Below are positions 29,451 to 40,155 of a stretch of 64,000 nucleotides of DNA, piece by piece. Where the stretch lies: contig CAWJKV010000005.1 of the NCBI GenBank assembly GCA_963843555.1, forward strand, positions 224,001 through 288,000, read 5' to 3'. Made by a program: the position numbers and the translations under genes. The notes below the pieces were generated by a model. That model searched no databases. It was not told the DNA's origin and was given only the letters and a program-made list of their open reading frames with translations. How positions within the stretch are numbered: the stretch's first letter is position 1; the number at the start of each line of letters is the position of its first letter. This DNA comes from an uncultured Methanosarcinales archaeon. GTDB lineage: Archaea > Halobacteriota > Methanosarcinia > Methanotrichales > Methanotrichaceae.

Positions 29451-29541
29451 GCAGAGATATGAATAGCAAAAATATTTAATCGATAATAGCAGTTATTACA
29501 TAATCAAATATGTGAAATATACTCATCAGGAGTGCGTTACG

Positions 29542-29817
29542 ATGGACAAATTTTTGGGCATGGTGGAGGGCGGCAGGTTTTCGATTCTAATGCCCCGCCC
29601 TCAATGTTGCACCGTCAAGCTGACCCGTATAGCCAAACCGGCATCAATAGCGGAAGAGCTGGTGGCATCCCATGAGATAAATTTGGGCGAGTATGAGGGC
29701 AAGGCCATTATGGTGAGCGGTGTTCTTCCCGAGCATAAGGGATGGCTCTACGAGGCGAATGTGATCGACCAGGCCGGTCCCATCCTAACGGAAGTAGTTA
29801 AAGAGGCCTTCAGGTAG
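29542..29817 (+). CDS. Hypothetical protein (91 aa)
   Basis: Clean ORF with AGGAG SD; EYEGKAIMVSG...GWLYEANVIDQAGPIL. Confidence 0.7.
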   Translation: MDKFLGMVEGGRFSILMPRPQCCTVKLTRIAKPASIAEELVASHEINLGEYEGKAIMVSGVLPEHKGWLYEANVIDQAGPILTEVVKEAFR

Positions 29818-30014
29818 AGCAGCCTTTGGAAGGCAGCAAGCTTTAAATTTTTGATTACAAGTTTATTTTTCTATCACATTGGGAAAAGATGGCGTTTCGA
29901 TTCCTCGCTTATCTGAGTAGGCAATATGATAATAGAGGCCTCTTTGAGTCCTGAAAAATCCTAATAAAAGTCGCTTTTTGGGAATAAAAAAGAAAAAAGT
30001 TGTAGGCTTTTGGC

Positions 30015-31718
30015 CTACACTGCTGGCATGACCAGGGATCTCTCGCCTGCAGCACGGAACTCGCGGGCTCCACCCTTGCCGAAGCAAGCGCGGACATCTG
30101 CCCAGTCGAATACCATGCCGGGGTTGGCGAAGCATACCTTGATCAATGGGTTGCATGCGAAGGCGTCCATGCGGCCGGCGTGTGCGGCGCTGGAGATGCC
30201 TGCGTACTCGCCCTGGTGACCTACGTTCATAGCGTAGTTGGGGTAGTTAGCGCCCCTCAGCTCAACGGGGTTGCCCTCGTCTGACTGGTAGGAGAATACG
30301 TTGGTTGGACCGCATTGATCCTGCAGGTCGTAGCCGAAGAAGCCCAGGCGTCCCCAGCCTTCCTTATGCAGGAGCATGCTGAGATACCAGCCGGCGAGAC
30401 CGATCTGGCTGTGGCCTGTGGCGATGGCTGCGGTGATACCGGCAGAGGCTGCCAGAACGGAAGCCCTCTGGGATCCACCGAAGTGATCCTCGAGCAGAGT
30501 CGGGAACTCTTCGTACTGCTCCATGCCGTAGGCGTTGACCTCAGTGGCCAGCTCTTTGGCTACATCCATGGTCTTGGGTGCCTTGGCGAATCCTCCAAAC
30601 TTGTCTGCGGCGAAGTCGACGCCGTAGTAGCAGAAGTCGTCCAGGACATCGTTGGTGTAGGCGGCAGTGGCGTACTGTGTGAATCCGACACCGCCGGACA
30701 TGTAGCTTCCCAGCCAGATCTGATCGTAGAGAGCAGCGCCTGCGGCGACTACGTTCAGGGAGACCTTCACTGGGTCGGCTGCAGCTGTTCTGGAGGTCTG
30801 GATCATATCAGCCAGGAATCCGAAGGAGAGACCGCCGGGGTTGTTGGGGCCGCGGGCGCGGCGAGCGGGCAGCATCTCGGACATCTGCAGAACGGCAGCG
30901 TGCTTGGCAGCGTAGGCCAGATCAGCCACAGCGGCCTCACCGGCGCACATGTTGTAGGCGTCGATGAAGGTCATGCACAGCTGCATAGCGCTCCACCTGG
31001 AGGTGGTGCCGCCGTCGCAGGATCTGACTACGATGGTTGGGACGTGAATGGCCTGCCAGGTTGTCTTGCCGATAGCGGCCTTGAGTGACTCGGCCTGCTC
31101 GGCTGGGAATACCTTATTGATGTCGATCAGGTATTGCGCGTCAATCTCATCTGCCAGGGCATCGTCGCCGGTGAAGACACGAACGTTGCAGTCATCTACG
31201 AGGCCAGGGTGAGTCTCGACCATGTGCTCCTGAACCACGGCTGCGCCGGGCATGGCATGGTTGAGGATCTCGAGGTAGTTGTTGATGGTCTCGGGTGTGA
31301 CTTCCTTGCCGAGGCGCTTTTGCAAAACCTCGTGGGCCATATCCAGACCGACCACAATGGTCCTCCTGATATCATCCCACATCTGCTGAATGGCTGGATT
31401 GTTGACGAAGTGCAGATCGTCGCCCTCTACTACATACTCAGTTCCGGAGAGCTTGTAGGGTACGAGCTGCCTCTGTCCCAGGGGAATGCCGCCAGCGTGT
31501 ACATAGGGGTTGTAGCCGGTCATGCCGCGCTTGCCCGCTACCTTGCCAGCGTACTCCATGAACTCCCTCTTGCGGGCGTTCTGCTCAGGGCCAAGTCTCA
31601 AATACGCTGTTGTCTGGCCCTCAAGTTTCGAATCCTTAAGCCCGGTAACCTTGGTCTCGGTCGCGAACTTCTTTTCCAGTGCCTTGATGAATAGTTTCTT
31701 GGTGTGTTTAACTGCCAT
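30015..31718 (-). CDS. mcrA: Methyl-coenzyme M reductase alpha subunit
   Basis: [53 protein letters not shown]. Confidence 0.99.
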   Translation of the reverse strand: MAVKHTKKLFIKALEKKFATETKVTGLKDSKLEGQTTAYLRLGPEQNARKREFMEYAGKVAGKRGMTGYNPYVHAGGIPLGQRQLVPYKLSGTEYVVEGDDLHFVNNPAIQQMWDDIRRTIVVGLDMAHEVLQKRLGKEVTPETINNYLEILNHAMPGAAVVQEHMVETHPGLVDDCNVRVFTGDDALADEIDAQYLIDINKVFPAEQAESLKAAIGKTTWQAIHVPTIVVRSCDGGTTSRWSAMQLCMTFIDAYNMCAGEAAVADLAYAAKHAAVLQMSEMLPARRARGPNNPGGLSFGFLADMIQTSRTAAADPVKVSLNVVAAGAALYDQIWLGSYMSGGVGFTQYATAAYTNDVLDDFCYYGVDFAADKFGGFAKAPKTMDVAKELATEVNAYGMEQYEEFPTLLEDHFGGSQRASVLAASAGITAAIATGHSQIGLAGWYLSMLLHKEGWGRLGFFGYDLQDQCGPTNVFSYQSDEGNPVELRGANYPNYAMNVGHQGEYAGISSAAHAGRMDAFACNPLIKVCFANPGMVFDWADVRACFGKGGAREFRAAGERSLVMPAV

Positions 31719-31735
31719 TTTATATCACCCCACCT

Positions 31736-32503
31736 TTACTCCGGCCTGAATCCCCATTTGCTGCGCAGCTCCCACATGTGGTGCAGAGCCTCGACTGCCT
31801 CGTCGTACTTCCTGGCGCCGACCTTTCCGCACATGGGAATGCCGTCCGCCCTGAAGATGGTGGTTCTCTTCTTGGCCTCAGCCTCGGTCATGGGCTTGCC
31901 GAGGTTGATCTTCCTATCCAATGGGATACCGACCTGGTCCTTGATAGCGTAGACGTTTCCGTCCTTGCCCATCTCTGTTCTGGACAGCATATCGAACTGC
32001 ATGCCGTTCTCTTCCAGCCTCAGGGAGTGGCCGTGCACGGTGCAGCCTCTCATGGAGCAGAGGGCGACATCGGTCATCTCGCTGTCATACTGTTGCTTGG
32101 TGTAAATCTCGATATCTCTCTCCCTGGCCTCAATGATCTGTCTGCCGGACAGGGTGCCTGGGTCGCAGCCCTTACAGTTGATGGCTCCCCAATAGGATCT
32201 CCAGTATGGGATGGATGGTGCGAAGTACATGGAGTCGGTCCACTGAGAGTACCTTACACGGTCTCCAGCTGCCGCGCCTGCTGTGGGAGCTACGATCTGC
32301 CTTATGGGGCAGTCGGGCTCGCCCATCTCTTTAAGGGGCGGGTGGGTGCTGGAATAATCGGCGCCAGGGGCCCTGTGGCCCATGATCGCCACTACATCTG
32401 CCTCGGGGATATCTCTGAGCTTCTCGAGGTTGCCGGACATGTGCTTCCTTCTGTTGATGCCGACAGAGGTGCTTCCGGGATAAAATTGTGCTTTGTATGC
32501 CAT
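31736..32503 (-). CDS. mcrG: Methyl-coenzyme M reductase gamma subunit
   Basis: GHRAPG, HPPLKEMGEPDCP, DPGTLSGRQIIEARE, VHGHSLRL. Confidence 0.99.
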   Translation of the reverse strand: MAYKAQFYPGSTSVGINRRKHMSGNLEKLRDIPEADVVAIMGHRAPGADYSSTHPPLKEMGEPDCPIRQIVAPTAGAAAGDRVRYSQWTDSMYFAPSIPYWRSYWGAINCKGCDPGTLSGRQIIEARERDIEIYTKQQYDSEMTDVALCSMRGCTVHGHSLRLEENGMQFDMLSRTEMGKDGNVYAIKDQVGIPLDRKINLGKPMTEAEAKKRTTIFRADGIPMCGKVGARKYDEAVEALHHMWELRSKWGFRPE

Positions 32504-32505
32504 AT

Positions 32506-33021
32506 TTATCTCTCCTCATCGTCAATAGTCACTCTTTCTTCAGACAGTATGGCCAGTCTATCCGTTTTGGCCTTGGGATCGATCAGCCCTAAGATGCGCG
32601 TGTCCCCCATCTTGCCGTACTTGGCATAATCCGTGATGGTCGGCCTGGTATGGAAGAACTTGCCGCGCTTGATATGGAAGGATATGGGCAACGCTCGCTC
32701 ACACGCCGCCTTTAGCCCGTCGAAGTATTTTTCGCTCTCCAGCTCGAGCCTGATCCTACCAACTTTAACGCGGAGTTCAAAGGCCTGCCCTGCCACCTCG
32801 ATGAGAAGATCTCTATTCTCTTCGATTGGGGCACCCCTTCCGGGGCCATAGGGCACGCTTCTGGGAAGGTTGGGGCCATGTATCATTATCCTGATGATGC
32901 CCCCATTTCCATAGATCTCGTTCAGCAGTTTCTGGGCCGTTTCTGGCATCAAGAATCTGCTCGGGAGTATTTCTACCTGTATCGATTCAGTGTCTGATTC
33001 AGTGACCATTTCTTCCGCCAA
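32506..33021 (-). CDS. mcrD: Methyl-coenzyme M reductase operon protein D
   Basis: QVEILPSRFLMPETAQKLLN, VPYGPGRG, PTITDYAKYG. Confidence 0.95.
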   Translation of the reverse strand: MAEEMVTESDTESIQVEILPSRFLMPETAQKLLNEIYGNGGIIRIMIHGPNLPRSVPYGPGRGAPIEENRDLLIEVAGQAFELRVKVGRIRLELESEKYFDGLKAACERALPISFHIKRGKFFHTRPTITDYAKYGKMGDTRILGLIDPKAKTDRLAILSEERVTIDDEER

Positions 33022-33024
33022 TTC

Positions 33025-34329
33025 TTACACAGCCTCCGCAACCGATACGATCGGCTCACGGAATTCTTTGATCTCACTGTATATGGCACCGACCAGTCCA
33101 GATGTCATCTCGGGTGTGAACATCTGAGTACCGGCATCCAGTGCTACTGCTGCAGCCACGCAGGGTATGGCAAATCCTCTGGAGTGCCTGGTTACCACGT
33201 GGTTACCGTTGAATACACCGGGGCCGCCGCCGCCATAGATGGAGTGGCTGAAGAACGAGAATCCGACTGCCGTTCCCATGACCCTTCCGAAGTCGCATCC
33301 GGGCAGGGCGGTCTCCTTCTCGATAACATCGTTGAAGTACAGCAGAGTCGAGGACACAGCCTGAGCGCCCCTAAGGGAGCCGCAGTTGACCATTGTGGCT
33401 GCCAGTACGCCAGCGGCGCAGTAGGCGTTCCACTTGGAGACATCGTTGGCCTCGTACATGACGTAACCGGAGGGCAGCTTCTTGCCGGCCTTGATGACCT
33501 TATCTTCAAGGGCCTTGCCGACTGTGGTCTGTACCACTGTGCCGATGGTTCCGGTCTTGCCGTTTGCCTTGACGCACTCGTATACCATGTTGTTGGCGTT
33601 CAGACCCTGGTATGCCATGCCCAGGAGCTGGTGGCGCTCGAATATGCCCATGGCATTGCCCATCTCGAACTCGCCGATCTGCTCGTAGATCGAAGCGAGA
33701 GCTGCGGCGTTCATGGCATTCCTCTTGGTGATCATTGCGAGGTGGTTGGCCATGACGTTCCTCAGAGCAAAGCCCAGACCCTCATCGTTCTGGGGGATGT
33801 TGAGAACTGATGCAACGTTTCCGCCAGACATGCCTACGGTCTGCGGGTACTCGCCCCAGACTGAAGCGTGGACCATTGGAGCGTCGACGATGCCGACCTT
33901 GAACTGCTGGATGAGTGCCTCAGTTGCGGCTGCAGCTGCGCCGGTCAATCCGACGACGAACTCAGAGGCTGCGTTAACCCTCATGGTGGGGACCTGGACG
34001 AGCAACTGCTTGCCGCCGCCCAGCACCTGGACATTGGTATCGTCGCCTGGGGTAACCTGCAACAGAGTTTTAATCTTTTCAGCGAGGGCGCCAGCGTTGG
34101 CAACAACATCATAATTAAGCTCGCGTCCCTTGATCTGCCTCCGGCCTCCAGCTACCTTTCCAGTCTTTAAGGCGCCTTCGATGCCGGCCAGATTAACGGC
34201 TACGGTTCGCTTTGTGAGAGAAATGAGTCTCTGCATGGCCGCGTTCTTGAGAGGGCTGACGGCGCTCAGGTCGACGTCGCTCTTCAAAAGAACTCCGCGG
34301 TCGCTATATAGGTCTATCTTGTCAGACAC
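33025..34329 (-). CDS. mcrB: Methyl-coenzyme M reductase beta subunit
   Basis: DKIDLYSDRG, GFSFFSHSIYGGGGPGVFNGNHVVTRHS; GTG start with GGAGG SD. Confidence 0.99.
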   Translation of the reverse strand: MSDKIDLYSDRGVLLKSDVDLSAVSPLKNAAMQRLISLTKRTVAVNLAGIEGALKTGKVAGGRRQIKGRELNYDVVANAGALAEKIKTLLQVTPGDDTNVQVLGGGKQLLVQVPTMRVNAASEFVVGLTGAAAAATEALIQQFKVGIVDAPMVHASVWGEYPQTVGMSGGNVASVLNIPQNDEGLGFALRNVMANHLAMITKRNAMNAAALASIYEQIGEFEMGNAMGIFERHQLLGMAYQGLNANNMVYECVKANGKTGTIGTVVQTTVGKALEDKVIKAGKKLPSGYVMYEANDVSKWNAYCAAGVLAATMVNCGSLRGAQAVSSTLLYFNDVIEKETALPGCDFGRVMGTAVGFSFFSHSIYGGGGPGVFNGNHVVTRHSRGFAIPCVAAAVALDAGTQMFTPEMTSGLVGAIYSEIKEFREPIVSVAEAV

Positions 34330-34478
34330 GTTCTTTATCCTCCTTTACCTTTTTAGCAGCGAAAACTGCAACGACGGGCTGTGCCGAAGCGACGACATGA
34401 TAGCTTAAGCTAGAAGGTATCATATCCGGCACCTCACAATTCGTTACAATCTCCCGCCGCTTCCTCTAATGCACCTTA

Positions 34479-34497
34479 GCTACTTATAGTTTTTGCG
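34479..34497 (-). promoter_or_regulatory. Candidate BRE/TATA promoter of the mcr operon
   Basis: Minus-strand CGCAAAAACTATAAGTAGC about 150 bp upstream of mcrB, at the edge of an ~800-bp AT-rich intergenic region. Confidence 0.4.
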
Positions 34498-35132
34498 TGC
34501 TGTAATTATAACTTTCCATATTATAAGAATCTGTAGCCTTTGTGACGATATAATTAACTAAATTGTTAAAATTAATTATATTCTAATATGTATCTATAAT
34601 TACGCGATTCTATGCTTCTCGACCCTTGACCAGCTCATGGAATCTTGACCATATACGCTTGGTTTTTGTTCATCGCGATGATGGATAACGATCTCCCCCA
34701 GAGGGCCGTTATTATTTCTGCCCATTGATAAATATGTACTCCATTGCAAAAAATTTTCTCGAAGTGTATATTTGAGTAAATGCCCATATTGATCTTCACA
34801 AGGATCTAGAATGGCTTATCAAAAGCGATTTTACCTGAAAAACCTCAAACGAAAACAATCGAAATTTAGCGAATAATCATGTTGGTTGAATAATATGTAT
34901 AAAGCAATGAATATTCTTCTTGTTCAGTCCAATTCCAGTGTAGATAAAAACAATTATATAAACAATATAAAGAACATATAAAGCTATATAAAAGGCATGA
35001 ACTATGTAGAGTCACAAATCGGGCGGTTCCAGTTAGCGCATTGATAAAATCGGCCTGGCTGAAAGGTTCATTGGGTGAAAAGTGATTTTTTACAGAAAAA
35101 TTTAAATCAATGACAAGATTTGGCTATGAGGA

Positions 35133-37443
35133 ATGCATCTCATAATAGCAGAGAAGCACGATGCTGCTAAGAGGATTGCTCAGATCCTGGCGGGAAGCAA
35201 GCCCAGCACTCAGAGGATAGCAGGCGTCGAGGCTTTTCAGTTTGACGATAAGGTCGTCTTAGGCCTGAGCGGCCATATCGTGGGAGTCGACTACCCTTCG
35301 GAATACAACAACTGGCAAAAGGTGGACTGCAAGGATCTGATCCGAGCCGAGATTGTAGTTCGTCCCATAAATGAGAAGATCATCGATGCCCTGCGCTCTT
35401 TAGGTAAACAAGCAAGTCGCATCACTGTGGCCACGGATTATGATCGGGAGGGGGAGCTCATAGGTGTGGAAGCCCTGAAGATCATCCAGGAGGCAAATCC
35501 AGGCCTGCAGGCCGACCGCGTCAGGTACAGCGCTATTGTCAAGGACGAGATCCTCAAGGCCTTTAAGGACTCTGGAAAAGTGGACTTCGACCTGGCGGCC
35601 TCAGGAGAGGCCAGGCAGATAATAGATCTCGTCTGGGGTGCAGCGCTTACCAGGTACATCTCTCTCACCTCGGGAAGGCTGGGAAAGGAATTCCTTTCGG
35701 TCGGGAGGGTTCAATCGCCGACTCTTGCCCTTATCGTCGATAAAGAGCGAGAGATTCAGGCTTTTGTCTCAAAGGCTTACTGGGAGATCTATGCTGATTT
35801 GGAGAAAGAGCTCCGCGTGCAGCATGCCAAGGGCCGCATATGGGAGCAGACTGAAGTCGATAAAATAGTTGCCAACCTTGGCAAAGTAGGCGTCATCCGG
35901 TCCATCGAGACAAAACCACGCATCGAGAAGCCGCCTGCTCCTTTTGACACCACCAGCTTCATCTCTGCGGCCAGTGGAATCGGGTTTTCTGCCGCCAACG
36001 CCATGCGCATAGGAGAATGGCTCTACATCAACGGTTTCATATCCTATCCAAGAACGGACAATACCGTTTATCCTCCTTCCATCGACCTTGTGGCCTTAAC
36101 CAGGCTTTTCACCAAAGGCGCTTTTTCCCGAGAGGCGGAGCGGCTACTTAAAGGAAAGATGGTGCCCACTCGCGGCAAGAGATCGACCACAGACCATCCG
36201 CCTATCTATCCCACAGCACCGGCAGAGAAGAGCGAGCTTAAGGATGATCAATGGCGAATTTATGAACTGGTAGTGCGGCGCTTCTTTGCCACCCTGGCAG
36301 ACCAATGCGTTTGGGATGCCACCAGCCTCAAGGTGGATATTGGTCCGGAGCCCTTCCGGGCCAGCGGAGCGCGCCTCGTGGAGGCGGGCTGGAGATACTA
36401 TTATCCTTACAGCAAGGCCGAGGAACACATTCTCCCCGAGCTGAAAGAAGGCGAACGACTTAAGGTTCTGGGCCATAATGTCGAAGCTAAGGAGACCCAG
36501 CCACCGGCTCGTTATGGTCAGGGCAAGCTCATCAAGCTCATGGATGACCTTGGGTCTGGGCACAAAATCCACCCGCCACGACATCATCAGCAAACTTTAT
36601 GCTCGCGCTTATGTGCAGGGCAATCCCATGCGGCCTACCAACACCGCTTATGCCGTGGTGGACACGCTGCAAAAGTATGCGCCCACCATCACCAAGCCGG
36701 AGATGACTCAGACTCTGGAAAATGATATGACTCAGATCTCGGAGCGGAAGATCGGAGAAGACGAGGTCATCGAGGAGTCGAGAGTTATGCTCACTTCCGT
36801 CTTTGATGAGCTGACCCAGAACCAGGAGGGCATCGGTCAGTCTCTCAAGGACGGCCTTCGCATCGATAAGATCGTGGGAACATGCGAGAAGTGCAAATCC
36901 GAACTCATAATTCGGCGCGGCCATCGCGGCTCGCGTTTCATCGGCTGCTCCGGCTATCCGGAATGCAGATTCACTCTGCCCCTCCCCAGATTCGGATCGG
37001 TAGTGGTGACGGACAAGATGTGCGAAAAGCATGGCATGTTTCATATTCGCATCATCAACAAGGGCAAGAGACCCTGGGATCTGGGATGTCCGCACTGCAA
37101 CTTCCTGGAGTGGCAGGCCAAGAAGGCCATGGAGAAGGCCGATCCTGAGAGCAATGAGGTAAAGTTAGAGAAGAAGGGAGCGGCCCGGGGCGGAAAAACA
37201 AAGAAAGCCTCAACCAGGGGAGCAAGAGCCGGAAACACGGCAAAGAACGTAGTCAAGGCCAAAAGCGATAGCCTGGCGGATGTGCCGGGAATAGGCCCCA
37301 AGACCCTGGAGAAGCTGGCCTCTGCTGGCGTGACGACCTCTCAAGACCTGATCGGTGCCAAAGCCAAAATTCTGGCCACAAAGACCGGCCTATCCGAGAA
37401 GAAAATTCTGGCCTGGAAGAGCGTTGCCAAAGCCTCAAGCTGA
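35133..37443 (+). CDS. topA: DNA topoisomerase I (type IA) with Zn-ribbon and HhH tail; single frameshift near 36550
   Basis: LIIAEKHDAA, ATDYDREGE, SVGRVQSPTL, ISYPRTD, then GLGTKSTRHDII and Zn ribbons in the shifted frame. Confidence 0.95.
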
Positions 37444-37550
37444 GCCGCCCGGATTCTATTTTTTAATCGTAAACTTTAGGCCCGAAATATCCAGCAGATA
37501 GCTCCATCGAACTCTGGCATTCGACCTGGAGAAAAGATCTGATGGCAAAA

Positions 37551-37624
37551 TGGGCCTGGCCGGATTTGAACCGGCGGCCACTCGGTTATGAGCCGAGCGC
37601 TCTACCGGACTAAGCTACAGGCCC
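37551..37624 (-). tRNA. tRNA-Ile2 (CAT anticodon)
   Basis: Cloverleaf GGGCCTG...CTCATAA...GTTCAAATC...CAGGCCCA. The GGGCC acceptor matches archaeal Ile2 rather than Met; isotype is inferred. Confidence 0.88.
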
Positions 37625-37634
37625 AAAAGGAATG

Positions 37635-37726
37635 CGCCGCCAACAGGGCTCGAACCTGTGACATTCTGGTTACTGCTCTGTCCTGCAATTAACAGCCAGA
37701 CACTCTACCAACTGAGTTATGGCGGC
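37635..37726 (-). tRNA. tRNA-Asn (GTT) with a 19-nt intron at position 37/38
   Basis: GCCGCCA...TCTGGCTGTTA[ATTGCAGGACAGAGCAGTA]ACCAGA...GTTCGAGCC...TGGCGGCG; intron at 37671-37689. Confidence 0.92.
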
Positions 37727-37782
37727 TCGATACCCTGCCTGGATGCACAATGATTTAAGCCTTTTGATATGAAGTAGTTCCT

Positions 37783-38820
37783 ATGCGCGTCCTGAAGAAA
37801 AATCTGCGCGGCGATGAAGGGGAAATAGCTCTGCTCCCCGAGTCTTTAGACGATCTATGGCATCTGCAGCATCTGGTTGAGAGGGGCGATCTTGTATTTG
37901 CCCTGACTCACAGGAAGATGCCGGCCATCGCTGATAAGGCGCGGCCGGAGAAGATGGAGAGAAAGACGGTGCGCCTGGGGATTAAGGTAGAGGATATAGA
38001 ATTTCACATGTATTCCAACTGGCTCCGGCTGCACGGCATTATCAAATCGGGCATGGATGTGGGGGCATATCATACCCTGAATATCGAGGTTGGAACGGAT
38101 CTGTCCATTCTCAAGTACCACTGGAGGCCGGACCTGCTGGCGCGCATCGATGATGCGGTGGCAGAATCACAAAGGCCGAAAGTTGTTTTGGCTCTGGTGG
38201 AAGAAGGTGAGGCCACCATCGGCATTCTGCGCCAGTTCGGGGTGCAGATGGCAGCAGAGATACGAATGGGCAGCGGCAAAGGCAGCGGCGAGGACACCCG
38301 CGCCACCTTCATGAGTGATGTGGCCGAGGCCATCGACCAGACAGCCCAGGAGGGAGCGGAGGTGATCCTGGCCGGCCCGGGCTTTGCCAAAGAGGATCTG
38401 AAGAAGGTGATCGACTCCAGCTATCCGGAATTGTCCAAGAGGATAGCCATGGACGATGCTTCCTCCATTGGAAGATCCGGATTTCAGGAGGTGCTGCGTC
38501 GCGGAGCCGTAAAGAGCGTCCTCGAGTCCAGCCGCATAGCAAGGGAAGCGAAGCTCATCGAGGATCTCTTCCGGGAGATCGCCAAGGACGGCAAAGCCGC
38601 TTATGGCATCAAAGAGGTGCAAACCGCAATGAACTATGGCGCCATTGAGAGCCTCCTGGTCCTCGATGAACTGGCCCGCCGGGGAAAGGTGGATGAGATC
38701 ATGCGCGAAGTGGGCAACGCACGCGGAAAGGTGGTGATCTTCAGCTCAGAGTTTGAGCCTGGGGAAAGGCTGCTCTCCTTGGGCGGCGTGGCGGCATTGC
38801 TCCGATTCAAGATAGTTTGA
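37783..38820 (+). CDS. pelA: Pelota (Dom34) ribosome rescue factor
   Basis: PESLDDLWHL, YHTLNIEVG, ILAGPGFAK, LGGVAALLRF. Confidence 0.96.
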   Translation: MRVLKKNLRGDEGEIALLPESLDDLWHLQHLVERGDLVFALTHRKMPAIADKARPEKMERKTVRLGIKVEDIEFHMYSNWLRLHGIIKSGMDVGAYHTLNIEVGTDLSILKYHWRPDLLARIDDAVAESQRPKVVLALVEEGEATIGILRQFGVQMAAEIRMGSGKGSGEDTRATFMSDVAEAIDQTAQEGAEVILAGPGFAKEDLKKVIDSSYPELSKRIAMDDASSIGRSGFQEVLRRGAVKSVLESSRIAREAKLIEDLFREIAKDGKAAYGIKEVQTAMNYGAIESLLVLDELARRGKVDEIMREVGNARGKVVIFSSEFEPGERLLSLGGVAALLRFKIV

Positions 38821-38847
38821 TTCAAGATAGTTCAACGGAGATTTGTT

Positions 38848-39642
38848 ATGACCAAATGCGACAAATGCCAGAGTTCTGCCATTATCTACCAGAAGTACTC
38901 GGGCATGCGTTTATGTCAAGCTCATTTCGACGAGGACGTGCACCGCAAGATCAGAGAGAGCCTGCGCCAGACAGGGCTTTTCGGTCGGGGCGCGCATGTG
39001 GCCCTGGCACTGGACGGCGGTAAGGATAGCGCCTCTATGGCTTTTGTTCTCAAAGGCATCTTCAGGAACCGAAGAGACATTGATTTTGTGGCTATCATCA
39101 TCGATGAGAAAGGGACTCCCGCGAAGCCTGCCAGACTTATTGCCGAGCAGCTGGATATCCCTTATGTCGAAAAGAGACTCCCAACTCCCCCTCTGCCCGG
39201 AGTTATCCCTCAGGATGCCTGCTCAGGGTTTGACACCACCACTCAGAGGATGGAGCATCTTATTGACATCGCGCAGGAGATGAAAGCCAGCGTTCTCGCT
39301 ACGGGCCATAATCTGGATGACGAGGCAACAGACGTATTTATAAGCTATCTATGGGGCGATGTGGATGGACTTCTGGATCATAGCCAGGGCATCAGGGAAG
39401 AGGGAAAAATTCCCTGGATTAAGCCCCTTCGTCGTATTCCGGAAAAGGAGGTAAGGCTCTTTGCCATCAAGCATGGTCTTGCCTATTCCGATGTTGCTCG
39501 CCGGGATCCCTTCCGGACAGAGGCAAAGAGGCATCTTTGCAATTTTGATTCCCGGCATCCTGGGACGAAGTATTCCCTTCTGCGAGGCCAGGAAAAAATG
39601 TCCCGGCATAGACGCGGGGGATCCACAGGGCAAAGCCTTTAA
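38848..39642 (+). CDS. TtcA/Ncs6(TtuA)-like PP-loop protein, divergent
   Basis: N-terminal Zn finger CDKC...LCQAHF, LDGGKDS, ATGHNLDDEA, IKPLRRIPEKE, HPGTKYSLL. Confidence 0.8.
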   Translation: MTKCDKCQSSAIIYQKYSGMRLCQAHFDEDVHRKIRESLRQTGLFGRGAHVALALDGGKDSASMAFVLKGIFRNRRDIDFVAIIIDEKGTPAKPARLIAEQLDIPYVEKRLPTPPLPGVIPQDACSGFDTTTQRMEHLIDIAQEMKASVLATGHNLDDEATDVFISYLWGDVDGLLDHSQGIREEGKIPWIKPLRRIPEKEVRLFAIKHGLAYSDVARRDPFRTEAKRHLCNFDSRHPGTKYSLLRGQEKMSRHRRGGSTGQSL

Positions 39643-39670
39643 GTGTGGATGCAAAATAATCGAATCTTGC

Positions 39671-39745
39671 GCCTCGGTAGCTCAGCTGGTCCAGAGCGAT
39701 TGACTTGTAATCAATAGGTCGCGTGTTCGAATCACGCTCGGGGCT
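39671..39745 (+). tRNA. tRNA-Thr (TGT)
   Basis: GCCTCGGTAGCTCAG...ATTGACTTGTAATCAAT...GTTCGAATC...TCGGGGCT cloverleaf. Confidence 0.95.
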
Positions 39746-39925
39746 TTCTTTAGCTGTTTTATGATAAAGTTCGATGGCCACATCCACCCAAAAACGACTG
39801 AAATCCGGAACTCTATGTTCGTCTCTCTGCCCCATATTTAGGCAGGGAGGCAACACGTCCCGGGTCGAACAGAGGAGTTGACCATCGCAGTGATTGATAT
39901 CGATAATCGAGCCTGAATTGGGGAC

Positions 39926-40042
39926 TCAGGCCTTTTTTATTTTCTTCATATCCAGTCTGGTCTTGCACCTGGGGCAGGCCTTAGGTTTGTTCACCCTCGT
40001 CTCCCATCCGTAGTGGCATTTGGGACATTTCATCTGTTTCAT
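39926..40042 (-). CDS. Zinc-ribbon microprotein (35-38 aa)
   Basis: Manual translation MKQMKCPKCHYGWETRVNKPKACPRCKTRLDMKKIKKA*; BRE/TATA-like CGAAAGTTATTAAT about 24 nt upstream. Confidence 0.75.
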   Translation of the reverse strand: MKQMKCPKCHYGWETRVNKPKACPRCKTRLDMKKIKKA

Positions 40043-40155
40043 ATTAATACAGTTGTAATAAGAGTATTAATAACTTTCGATTGTATATGATTATCCATAC
40101 TACTCCTGCAAGCGCAAAGCCTATAATTGAATAGAGGTGGTAAATACAGAACTTC

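Noticed and set aside
30015..31718. Divergent alkyl-coenzyme M reductase
   Set aside because: Active-site motifs match canonical methanogenic McrA.
34330..35132. Hidden gene or riboswitch in the long mcrB-topA intergenic region
   Set aside because: AT-rich with no credible ORF or strong structure; consistent with divergent promoters.
39671..39925. Integrated element at tRNA-Thr or tRNA-Asn/Ile
   Set aside because: No integrase and no duplicated tRNA 3' end found in the window.
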